From Pseudomonadota bacterium (GTDB lineage Bacteria; Desulfobacterota; Binatia; UBA1149): a stretch of 64,000 bases of DNA. Positions 44,253-52,494 of this stretch are shown in pieces. The position numbers were made by a program, and so were the translations under genes. The notes beneath the pieces are model-generated. The model worked only from the letters and a program-made list of their open reading frames with translations. It had not been told where the DNA came from and did no database searches. The stretch lies in contig JACNKC010000057.1 of the NCBI GenBank assembly GCA_014382245.1, forward strand, positions 174-64,173, read 5' to 3'. Within the stretch, counting starts at the first letter, position 1. Every line of letters starts with the position of its first letter.

Positions 44253-45104
44253 ATGAACTACAGGGGAAAGGTGGCGGTGGTTACGGGCGCTTCGTCGGGA
44301 ATAGGCTACCAGGCGGCCCTGGCACTGGCCGAGCGTGGTTGCACCGTGGTGGGTGTCGCGCGCCGGCAGGCCGAACTCGAGGAACTCACCAGCCGCTGCC
44401 GGCGGCACGCGTCGGATTCCACCTTCATGGTCGGCGATCTCGGTGAGCGCGCCTTCGCCGAGCACGTGGTAAACGACAGCGCTCGGCGCTTCGGTCGCCT
44501 CGACATCCTGGTCAACAACGCGGGCATTCCCATTCACAAGCATATCTACGACGTGACTCCCGACGACGTGGAGAGAGTGATGCGTGTTAACTTCATGTCG
44601 AGCGTGTGGACCACGCTGGCGGCGATTCCCCACATGCTGCTGCTGGGCGAGGCGTGGATAGTAAACGTGTCTTCGTTTGCCGCCCAGGTCGCGCCGCCGC
44701 GCGAGACTGCCTACACGGCTTCGAAGGCGGCAATGGATGGTTTTACCGAGGGGCTATGGACCGACCTCGCGGGGTCGGGCATACACGCGGGCCTGGTCAT
44801 CCCGGGGCCCATCGACACCGAGATCTGGGACAAGGACGACAGTCCCAGTGCCTACAGCGGCAACCTGCACCCGCCGTCGATAGTGGTGGACGCCATCCTC
44901 GAGTGCATAGAGAACAAGCTGCGCGAGGTGGTCGCTCCGCGCTACAGTCCGCAGTTGCTCGCCGCCCGCTGGATGAGGTTTCTCACCCCGTCGCTCATGC
45001 TCAAGGGCATGAGCTGGATGGAGCCGGTACCCGAAGAGGTCGTGTCGCGCGCCCGCGCCGCGGCCCGGCGAAAGCGCGACGGTGAAGGGGGGGGCATGGG
45101 ATGA
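44253..45104 (+). CDS. SDR-family oxidoreductase
   Basis: MNYRGKVAVVTGASSGIGY, NNAG, and YTASKAA (YxxxK). The track ORF starts at 44202. Confidence 0.88.
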   Translation: MNYRGKVAVVTGASSGIGYQAALALAERGCTVVGVARRQAELEELTSRCRRHASDSTFMVGDLGERAFAEHVVNDSARRFGRLDILVNNAGIPIHKHIYDVTPDDVERVMRVNFMSSVWTTLAAIPHMLLLGEAWIVNVSSFAAQVAPPRETAYTASKAAMDGFTEGLWTDLAGSGIHAGLVIPGPIDTEIWDKDDSPSAYSGNLHPPSIVVDAILECIENKLREVVAPRYSPQLLAARWMRFLTPSLMLKGMSWMEPVPEEVVSRARAAARRKRDGEGGGMG

Positions 45105-45769
45105 GCCTTCTGCCGACGCCGCTCAGCGAGGGACTGTACGAATACCTGTGCGCACATCGCAGCGGGCACGACACCGGGCACCGCTCGCTGCTCGAAGAGC
45201 TCGCCGAGGAGACCCTGGGCATGGGCGACATCTCGATGATGCAGATAGCGCCCGACCAGGGAGCCCTGTTGACCATGCTCGTGAGCTTGATGGGTGCCCG
45301 CAAGGCGGTCGAGGTGGGTACCTTTACCGGCTACAGCGCGATTTGTATTGCCAGCGGGCTCGCGCCGGGGGGCAGCCTGCTGTGCTGCGACGTCAGCGAG
45401 GAGTGGACCTCGATGGCGCGACGCTATTTCACGCGCGCCGGGTTGGACGACACCATAGAGCTGTGCATCGCCCCTGCCGCCGAAACCCTGCGCGCGCTGT
45501 CCGAGCATGACGACATCGACTTTGCCTTCATCGATGCCGACAAGACCGGCTACCGCGACTACTACGAGCAGTTGCTCCCGCGCATGCGCGCGGGAGGGTT
45601 GATCGTGTTCGACAACGTGTTGTGGCTGGGGCAGGTGGTGCGCGAAGATGATCAATCCGAGAGCACGGTGGCCATGCGTCGTCTCAACGACGCCGTGGTC
45701 GCCGACCCGCGCGTTGAAGCAGTGATGATAAGCGTGGGCGACGGCCTGCTGCTGGCGCGCAAGCTCTGA
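45101..45769 (+). CDS. Class I SAM-dependent O-methyltransferase (caffeoyl-CoA OMT-like, family 3)
   Basis: KAVEVGTFTGYSAICIA, FIDADKTGYRDYYE and GGLIVFDNVLWLGQV. ATGA overlap with the SDR stop. Confidence 0.88.
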   Translation: MSLLPTPLSEGLYEYLCAHRSGHDTGHRSLLEELAEETLGMGDISMMQIAPDQGALLTMLVSLMGARKAVEVGTFTGYSAICIASGLAPGGSLLCCDVSEEWTSMARRYFTRAGLDDTIELCIAPAAETLRALSEHDDIDFAFIDADKTGYRDYYEQLLPRMRAGGLIVFDNVLWLGQVVREDDQSESTVAMRRLNDAVVADPRVEAVMISVGDGLLLARKL

Positions 45770-45774
45770 CCGGC

Positions 45775-48000
45775 TCAGCCGCCCGCCGGCGTAAGGAATA
45801 TCGGCGATGACCAGGCGCGGTGGGCGGCCGGCTCCAGGCAGTCGTCGTCGTAGTCGCTGCGGTAGTCGCCGTAGCAGGGGTCGGGCTTGCAGTCGCCCTG
45901 CTCGTCGAATTCGCAACGCGATCCGCCGGCGTTCACCGTGGGCGTGGGCTCTTCGATGGCGCGCGCGTAGTAGAGCGCCTCTCGTTCGCTGCCCAGGAAC
46001 TCGGGGTCGTCGAACTCCACCGTGCAGCCGTCGGCGTCGGCCGGGCAGTCAAAACTGCGCCAGGGGTCGTCGATGAGGTCAGCCACGTCTTCGTCCGGCG
46101 ATTCCTGCGGCCTGATGCGCACCACGTCTATGCGGGTTATCTGCCGGCGTTTTTCGCCCGGGTTGTAGCACTCGCCGCGGCAGAGGTAGGCCAGTCGCTC
46201 GGGTGACAGGCCCGACAGCGATTCTTCGGGGCAGCCCTCGGTCTGCTCAAAGCTGCCGGCCGCGCGTACGCGCAGGCGCGGGTTGTTGGCCAGCTCAAGC
46301 TCACTGCCCATGGGCAGCACCTCGCCGTCGGGGCCGTTGAGGAGGTCAAACCAGAGCAGTATGCGCGGGCCGCTGGTGCCGTAGATTTCGCGGCGTGCCA
46401 TCGAGTCCCAGATCGCTCCGCGATCACGCGCCGGGGAGTGCACCGCCACCAGTCCACCGGTCATGAAGAACGACGCCTGTCGCTCGAAGTCGACTATCTG
46501 TGTGCGCATGGCGGCGGGGTCGCCCGGTGTGACCTGTCGGGACCGGTTTCCCTGCGGCTCGAGGTAGCTGGGCATCAAGCGCTCGGCCCAGGTCTCGTCG
46601 CGGGCACCGGCGGCCTCGGTGTTGGCCTGCCGGTCAAATTCCTTGAAGCCGGTACCGGGGCGGGCGGTGTGGTTGTCGCTCGACGCCATGAAGCCGAAGC
46701 GAAATCGTCGTGGGTCCTTGTCTTCTTCCTCGAAGTTCGAGATCGCCAAGATGTACTGCACCGAGTTGCCCGGCCGGTACGCCATCGAGGGCAGGAAACA
46801 GTCGCTGCATTCGTCGCAGTTGCCCCACTCGACCAGCGGCGCCCACGGGATTGTCAGTCGCCCCGACGGGCTCGCGGCCAGGTAGTTGGCGCGGGCCTCG
46901 ACTATCTTCTCGCGGCACTCATCTGAATCCCGGTCATCGCAGAGATTGCCGATGATCTCACCCGCGCGCCAGCAGCAGGCCTCGAAGCCGGGTTCGGGCG
47001 CTGGGCAGGCATCGGCTCCCTGCTGTTCGAGATCCACGGCCCGCCAGCTGCGGTACTCTTCGCTGTTGCCGTGGCCCGAGAACACCTCGACCAGGGTCTG
47101 TCGTTCGGGATCGTGCATGGCGCCGGCCAGCTGCTTGTCCCAGGTTCCGCCCGGTGGCGAGTAGAGGCCCCAGGTGGTTCCGTGCGGTATGACGATCGAC
47201 TCGTGGCCCCACTGGGCGAGCTTTTCGTAGAGCACGTCGGGTGAGGCCGCTTCTTCCGAGCAGTCCAGGGGTAACTCGCGGGTGTCAACGCCGTCAGCGC
47301 AGATGGGAGTCTCGCCGATTTCTTCCTGGAAGGTGTTGGCGTTGAGGTAGCGCTGGGCGTTCTGCCAGTCGGCCACCACGGGGAACCAGCGCTGGAGGAA
47401 GGTCTGGCGGGTGCGCATGCCCTGTCCGGCCATGCCGCCGGCGTGTATGGGCCGCGCGGGGATCTTGTCGTCGTCGAGGTCGCGCAGGATGACGTTCTTG
47501 TGCCCGTAGTGGCTGTCGGGGGTCATTCCGATCTGCGTCCACTCCCAGCCGAGGTAGGCTACCACGTCGGGGTTGTCGGGGTCACCGGCCAGCTCGTTGC
47601 ACTGGCGAATGGTGTCGGTGGTTTCCTTCCAACGCAGGGGAGTTATGGCCTCTGCGTGGTCGTTGATGCTCCAGAAGTCGAGGTTGGAGCAGTAGCGCGC
47701 AAAGTCGCAGGCGTCGGCCACCGGGTGTGCGCCTTCGCCCTGGAGGATGGGCAGGCTCATCATGAAAGCGTCGGCCGAAAAGGTGGAGTGTACGTGCAGG
47801 TCGCCGAACAGGATCTGCTTGTCTGTTGCACCGGCTTTCGCACGGTTGGCCAGGACATCGGCGGTCGCCGCCTGGCGGGCCGTCTTGTCGGCTGCCATGG
47901 AGTCGGGCTGGCCCGCGCCTTCTATGTTGCCCGGGCCCTCGTGTTGCCCGCAGGCGGCAAGCAACAGGGCGCAGGCAATGGCTGTGTAGAATTTGTTCAT
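45775..48000 (-). CDS. DUF3604-family (PHP-like metal-dependent) lipoprotein, function unknown
   Basis: MNKFYTAIACALLLAACG lipoprotein signal and FGDLHVHSTFSADAF, the DUF3604/PHP HxH motif. About 741 aa. The track ORF extension to 48339 overlaps the ferredoxin gene and was trimmed. Confidence 0.75.
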   Translation of the reverse strand: MNKFYTAIACALLLAACGQHEGPGNIEGAGQPDSMAADKTARQAATADVLANRAKAGATDKQILFGDLHVHSTFSADAFMMSLPILQGEGAHPVADACDFARYCSNLDFWSINDHAEAITPLRWKETTDTIRQCNELAGDPDNPDVVAYLGWEWTQIGMTPDSHYGHKNVILRDLDDDKIPARPIHAGGMAGQGMRTRQTFLQRWFPVVADWQNAQRYLNANTFQEEIGETPICADGVDTRELPLDCSEEAASPDVLYEKLAQWGHESIVIPHGTTWGLYSPPGGTWDKQLAGAMHDPERQTLVEVFSGHGNSEEYRSWRAVDLEQQGADACPAPEPGFEACCWRAGEIIGNLCDDRDSDECREKIVEARANYLAASPSGRLTIPWAPLVEWGNCDECSDCFLPSMAYRPGNSVQYILAISNFEEEDKDPRRFRFGFMASSDNHTARPGTGFKEFDRQANTEAAGARDETWAERLMPSYLEPQGNRSRQVTPGDPAAMRTQIVDFERQASFFMTGGLVAVHSPARDRGAIWDSMARREIYGTSGPRILLWFDLLNGPDGEVLPMGSELELANNPRLRVRAAGSFEQTEGCPEESLSGLSPERLAYLCRGECYNPGEKRRQITRIDVVRIRPQESPDEDVADLIDDPWRSFDCPADADGCTVEFDDPEFLGSEREALYYARAIEEPTPTVNAGGSRCEFDEQGDCKPDPCYGDYRSDYDDDCLEPAAHRAWSSPIFLTPAGG

Positions 48001-48095
48001 CGGCAAGGTAACCCCCTGTGGTTTCGCGGAGCGTGATTTCGCGCAGCGTGAGCCTGCGGAATCTAGCCGTGGCGCCGCGCTGAAAAAAGCGCGCG

Positions 48096-48386
48096 TTACA
48101 GCGCCTGGGGACGGGCTTGCGCCCAGGACTGGAGTTTCTTGATCTGCTCGAGGTCGCCATCCTTGCTGGCTATGCCCTCGTTGCGGGCGTCGTGTATGCA
48201 GTCGACCGGGCACAGCGGCACGCAGAGGTCGCAGTCTATGCACTCCTCCGCGACGATGGCGAAACGGCCCAGGAAATCGCCTGCTACTTCGTAGACCGCG
48301 TCCACCTTGCCGGGGCAGGCGTGATCGCAAGCCCCGCAACCAATGCAGGTGTCGTCTACGTAATAGTGTCCGTGTCGGCGGGCCAT
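48096..48386 (-). CDS. 2x[4Fe-4S] ferredoxin
   Basis: Two canonical CxxCxxCxxxCP motifs (CIGCGACDHACP, CIDCDLCVPLCP). 96 aa from ATG 48386. Confidence 0.9.
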   Translation of the reverse strand: MARRHGHYYVDDTCIGCGACDHACPGKVDAVYEVAGDFLGRFAIVAEECIDCDLCVPLCPVDCIHDARNEGIASKDGDLEQIKKLQSWAQARPQAL

Positions 48387-48396
48387 GCCAGGCGGC

Positions 48397-48900
48397 TCAG
48401 GAGGTGGGAAAGCTGGTCGTGAAGGCCGCCGAGGCGTTGAAGAATTCCTGCAGGCTCTGGTTGAAACGAAAGTACATGTCGCGACGCAGCGGATCATCCG
48501 AGAGCAGGTGCAGGGGAGTGCCCATGTGGCTCAGCCGGTTGAGCGTCTGGTCCAGTGCCGGGCGACCGTTGCCCGCCGCGATGCTTTCTATCATTGCCTG
48601 CCAGGTCTCGAGCTCAGCCTCCAGCGTGAAGTCGGCGCGGTTGGAGTCTGTTTCGCCGGTAACGCGTACGTCGGTGGCCTCGAACTCGTCGAAGGTCACC
48701 TGCACGGCCAGCGCTCGGGTGCCGGTCACCGAGAAGCCGGCCACGCAATCCACGTAGCCGAGTTTTTCCTGCCGCGCGCGGTTGTCGTTCATCAGCGCAG
48801 CCAGGCGCTCGAACCACGCGAGCGAGGGGAACTCCAGGGGCTCGGCGTTCTTTCCTTGTACCGCGCTTTCTTCCTGCGCGTCGGCCACTACTGTAACCAC
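48397..48900 (-). CDS. SCP2-like (sterol-carrier-protein-2 fold) small protein
   Basis: 167 aa. The pattern ..FSVTG..VQVTFDEFE..ADFTLEAELETWQAMI..G..LNRL..G.PL.L..DDP.. resembles SCP2 domains by eye. It overlaps the diiron gene's stop (start GTG 48900 or 48888). Confidence 0.5.
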   Translation of the reverse strand: MVTVVADAQEESAVQGKNAEPLEFPSLAWFERLAALMNDNRARQEKLGYVDCVAGFSVTGTRALAVQVTFDEFEATDVRVTGETDSNRADFTLEAELETWQAMIESIAAGNGRPALDQTLNRLSHMGTPLHLLSDDPLRRDMYFRFNQSLQEFFNASAAFTTSFPTS

Positions 48901-50078
48901 GGGGCCTGCGTGGGGATACCGCAGCGTTCACTGCGATCAAAGCCGGCACGCCGGCAGCGGCCCAGGTACTCCTCTATGAAATTGCCCCACAGGGCTCCCG
49001 CCTGCTCCAGCCCCTGCTCTATGCGGTTGACTCCCCCTCCCAGTAGTATGGCCAGGGGCTCTATCAGTGCAGCCTCGGTAAACGCCGTCAGTATCACCAT
49101 CTCGCCAACGTCGGCAAAACGGTGCATGTCTTCGAGCGCCGCGTCGCGATCGGGCACGTTGTCGAGGTGGTTCTTGAGCTCCATGACGCCATAGCTCACG
49201 TGGCGGGCTTCGTCCTGCAGGCAGAGGCGAAAGATTTCCTTGTCCACGTGTGTCTTGGCTATCATTTCGCCCGAGCGGAAGATTGACAGTACCAGGCCTT
49301 CGCCGAGCAGGTTCAGCAGGAAGGTGCCCATGGTGTGCGACGGCGCTTCCATGATGGCCTTCAAGGCCCACTCGAAGCCCGGCGACGCGTGCAGCAGGCC
49401 GCCGCCGGCGATGGCGCGCTTGCGAAACACCTCCTGGTGACGGGCCTCGTCCATCAACTGGGTGGCGAGAAAACTCTTCACCTCGAGAAAGTCCTGGGGG
49501 ATGCGGTACAACCACTTGGCCGGAAAGTCACCGGCCACGAACTCGACCTCGGTAAGAAAGGTACACAACTGGCAGGTGGCCTTCTCGAGGTCCTCGGGCA
49601 GGGATTTGAGTTCATCCCAGGGTATGTCGCGGGTAGCGTTCCACTGCCTGGCCTTGGCTTCTTCGTAAAGCGTGATGACGTTCTCGGCCCATAGTTCGTT
49701 GCGATCAACGACGTCGTAGGCTGACAGTACCGGCATACGTTGGGCGTAGGGGTCGCGCACCGAACCACGCGGGGCGAAGTTGAGCCACTCGGCTTTCTCG
49801 GGCATCTGCCCGTAGGGCTCCACCCGGTTTGTGTCGGCGTAGGTCATGCCGCGCGACGACGGCTTGGCGCGTCGTCCCCAGTTGGCCTTGTCGGTCTCCA
49901 TCCAGTGCAGCGAGAACCTGCCGGCCTGCAGGCGCTCACCGTTGTCATTCAGTATCTCGGCCCAGGTGGTCATCTGCTGCCCGAAGGCCAGCTCGTAAGA
50001 TTCCAGGCTTTCTTCGGGCACGGCGTGTTCGGGGGGCAGGGGGCTGAGGTCAGTGGGACTGGCGGCTGGCTTGCTCAT
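48888..50078 (-). CDS. Ferritin/R2-like diiron-carboxylate protein (putative oxygenase/desaturase)
   Basis: Ligand pattern E177 .. E211-A-R-H214 .. E260 (LLGEGLV) .. E290-A-R-H293, with 30-34 residue spacings as in R2/desaturase four-helix bundles. Start at ATG 50078; the track TTG at 50117 lies inside the operator. Confidence 0.65.
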   Translation of the reverse strand: MSKPAASPTDLSPLPPEHAVPEESLESYELAFGQQMTTWAEILNDNGERLQAGRFSLHWMETDKANWGRRAKPSSRGMTYADTNRVEPYGQMPEKAEWLNFAPRGSVRDPYAQRMPVLSAYDVVDRNELWAENVITLYEEAKARQWNATRDIPWDELKSLPEDLEKATCQLCTFLTEVEFVAGDFPAKWLYRIPQDFLEVKSFLATQLMDEARHQEVFRKRAIAGGGLLHASPGFEWALKAIMEAPSHTMGTFLLNLLGEGLVLSIFRSGEMIAKTHVDKEIFRLCLQDEARHVSYGVMELKNHLDNVPDRDAALEDMHRFADVGEMVILTAFTEAALIEPLAILLGGGVNRIEQGLEQAGALWGNFIEEYLGRCRRAGFDRSERCGIPTQAPWLQ

Positions 50079-50098
50079 GGCGGCTTCGCTTACAACAA

Positions 50099-50120
50099 CT
50101 ATTGACAAATCACTCAATAG
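50099..50120. promoter_or_regulatory. Candidate TetR operator overlapping divergent promoters
   Basis: Perfect 7-8-7 inverted repeat CTATTGA-caaatcac-TCAATAG. It contains TTGACA (50102-07; N16-17 to TAAGAG/AAGAGT) for the plus-strand tetR gene. On the minus strand it contains TTGAGT-N17-TGTAAG for the diiron operon. Confidence 0.5.
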
Positions 50121-50150
50121 CGCTAAGAGTGTAGCTCACTGGAAGCTGTC

Positions 50151-50768
50151 GTGTCAAGGAACACAACTAGCAATAAAAAAAAACGCCGCCGGCTTTCGCC
50201 CGAACAGCGCAGTGAAGAGCTCATAGAGGCGGCCGTGGCGGTGTTCGCCCGCCTGGGATTGGGGCGGGCGGGCCACGCCCAGGTGGCCGAAGAGGCGGGT
50301 TGCGCGGTGTCGACGGTGTTCGTGTACTTTCCGAGCCGCGAAAGCCTGGTCGACGCGGTGATCGCCGAGGTGGCCGGCTTTCTCCTGGAGATGGCCGAGA
50401 GCGTCCACGGCTCCGGTGGCCCGGCGCCGGAGGTCGTGCGCCGTCATGCTCGCGCGTTCGTAGAAGGCGTCAATCGCCGTCCCGACGTGGCGCGGGTGTG
50501 GCTCGACTACAGCACGGCCGTGGGCGAGGACACCTGGCCGCGCTACCTCGAGCTGCAGGAAAAGATCGTGGCCATCATGCGTGACACCATTGAGCGCGGG
50601 CAGGGCGAGGGCAGCGTCGCAGCCGACGTTGACGCTGACGACGACGCCAGGCTGGTGGTAGGCTCGGCCCACATGCTCGCGCAGATGAAGTTCGCCGGCC
50701 GGCCGGACGACCAGGTTGAACATTTTCTCAACACGCTGGTGGGCCTGACCATGCGACCGCCGGCGTAG
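50151..50768 (+). CDS. TetR-family transcriptional regulator
   Basis: HTH region RSEELIEAAVAVFARLGLGRAGHAQVAEEAGCAVSTVFVYFPSRESL. GTG start. Confidence 0.88.
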   Translation: MSRNTTSNKKKRRRLSPEQRSEELIEAAVAVFARLGLGRAGHAQVAEEAGCAVSTVFVYFPSRESLVDAVIAEVAGFLLEMAESVHGSGGPAPEVVRRHARAFVEGVNRRPDVARVWLDYSTAVGEDTWPRYLELQEKIVAIMRDTIERGQGEGSVAADVDADDDARLVVGSAHMLAQMKFAGRPDDQVEHFLNTLVGLTMRPPA

Positions 50769-50834
50769 CTTGACCGATGGCCCCCACGGGAGTGCAGGTG
50801 TCATCGGCGCTTGCACTGGGCGCGGGGGGACAGG

Positions 50835-51614
50835 ATGCTGGCCGCCATGCTGGCTCAGGGTAGTGCTGCCGCTGAACTTGCCGGCCGCGTGGCGGTCGTC
50901 ACCGGGGCCTCGCGCGGAATTGGCGAAGCCGTTGCCCGTTGTCTTGTTGATGCCGGCGCCAGGGTAGCCTTGCTGGCCCGAGGACGTGAGCGACTCGAGC
51001 GCGTCGCCGCCGGGCTGGGCGCGCAGGCGCTGGCCGTACCGACCGATGTTGCCGATGCGGACAGCGTGCGCGCTGCTTTTGTTACCGTAGCGCGTGAGTT
51101 CGGCCGGCTGGACCTGCTGGTCAACAACGCTGCCATCGGCCGCCTGCACTCTATCGAAGAGGCCTCCGACGCGGATCTGCGTGAGACCGTCTACACCAAC
51201 CTCGGCGGCCCGCTGTTGTGCAGCCGCGAGGCCGTGCCTCTCATGAAGAAATCGGGTGGAGGGCAGATCGTCAACATAGGCTCGGAGGCGGTGCTCAATC
51301 CTTTTCCGTTGTTGTCGACCTACACCGCCACCAAGGCCGGCCTGGAGTTGTTTAACCGTGGGCTGCGGGCCGAGTTACGCGGCGACAACATCCGGGTGAC
51401 CCTGCTAAGGTCGGGGGCGACCAGCGGCGGCTTCATGGAAGACTGGGATCCCGACGAAGCCGCGCGCGCGATCGGGCTGTGGGACGAGCAAGGCTACCTC
51501 GCCTTCGCGGGCGCGCCCATGCAGCCCTCGACCGTGGCCGAGTCGCTGTTGCACGCCGTCACCCGCCCGGCAGGCGCGAGCGTGGATACCCTCGAACTCA
51601 GGTCGGCTGGCTGA
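50835..51614 (+). CDS. SDR-family oxidoreductase
   Basis: LAGRVAVVTGASRGIG, NNAA, and YTATKAG. ATG 50835 follows a G-rich SD; the track ORF starts at TTG 50811. Confidence 0.85.
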   Translation: MLAAMLAQGSAAAELAGRVAVVTGASRGIGEAVARCLVDAGARVALLARGRERLERVAAGLGAQALAVPTDVADADSVRAAFVTVAREFGRLDLLVNNAAIGRLHSIEEASDADLRETVYTNLGGPLLCSREAVPLMKKSGGGQIVNIGSEAVLNPFPLLSTYTATKAGLELFNRGLRAELRGDNIRVTLLRSGATSGGFMEDWDPDEAARAIGLWDEQGYLAFAGAPMQPSTVAESLLHAVTRPAGASVDTLELRSAG

Positions 51615-51617
51615 CGG

Positions 51618-52250
51618 TCAGTGGGTGGCCTTGAGGCCGCCGAGCAGCAGGTCAAGCCAGCGGTCGAGCAGGGGGCCGTCCAGGGGCTCCTTGAACACGC
51701 CCTTGTTGGTGGCCATCTGTATGACACCGTTCAGGCCCGCCCAGAACAGCGCCGTAGTTTCCCTGATGTCGAGGTCGCGAAGCAGTCCCTGGTCGACGCC
51801 GTCGGCGATCACCCTGGCAACAGTGCCCATGGCGTGCCTCGTTCCGGTGTAGGCTCGCTCAACCAGTGCCTGCTCTTCTTCGTTCGCAGGCGCGAGCGTC
51901 TGGCTCTGAAGGCAGTGGATGATGGCCTGGGCCTCCGGGTGCGCCTCGATGAAACGGCAGTAGGTGAGCGAGATGCGCTGCAGTCTCTGCAGCGGGTCTC
52001 CGTTGCCTGACGATACGCTCTCGAGTTCGGGCAGGATCAACTCTATCGCGCGCACCAGTACCGCCAGGTAGAGGATCTCCTTGCTGGAGAAGTAGTAGTA
52101 GAGCGTGGCTATGTTGAGCTCGCTGCGATCGGCGATGTCCTGCATGGAGGTGGTGTTGTAGTCCCTGTCGGTGAACAGCTCGGTGGCGGCGCTGACGATG
52201 GCGTATTTTCGCGCTTCGCGCTCGCGACTCCTTCTTTCCTGTATTCCCAT
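51618..52250 (-). CDS. TetR-family transcriptional regulator
   Basis: HTH YAIVSAATELFTDRDYNTTSMQDIADRSELNIATLYYYFSSKEILY. Confidence 0.88.
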   Translation of the reverse strand: MGIQERRSREREARKYAIVSAATELFTDRDYNTTSMQDIADRSELNIATLYYYFSSKEILYLAVLVRAIELILPELESVSSGNGDPLQRLQRISLTYCRFIEAHPEAQAIIHCLQSQTLAPANEEEQALVERAYTGTRHAMGTVARVIADGVDQGLLRDLDIRETTALFWAGLNGVIQMATNKGVFKEPLDGPLLDRWLDLLLGGLKATH

Positions 52251-52310
52251 TGCTGCTGTTCCCCCGGGTGGGGGTGGCCGTCACCGTGGCGATAGACCTC
52301 CCACCGGGGC

Positions 52311-52395
52311 CAAGTCTATCAAGTGTCAATTGAAGTGCAAGTCTGACTTGACAAAGGGGGTAGGGAGGGGTTATTTATGATTCAAGTGAGACTTG
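52311..52395 (+). promoter_or_regulatory. Operator cluster and promoter between tetR and the acylase gene
   Basis: Palindromes CAAGTC-T-GACTTG (52338-52350) and CAAGT-GAG-ACTTG (52383-52395), plus further CAAGT/GAAGT half-sites at 52311, 52320 and 52332. TTGACA (52348-53), 18 nt, then TATTTA (52372-77). Confidence 0.45.
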
Positions 52396-52494
52396 AGAAG
52401 CCGTGGCGGTGCCCGTGGGGCCGTCACCGACCGGCACCGCGACGCGCCGGCCGAAATTGGCTATGCTACTGAAAACACTGGAGGAAAGGGCATC

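Noticed and set aside
48076-48093. Hairpin CGCGCT-gaaaaa-AGCGCG immediately after the ferredoxin stop, as an intrinsic terminator
   Set aside because: On the coding (minus) strand the U-run lies in the loop rather than after the stem, and the stem is only 6 bp. At most it is a weak attenuator.
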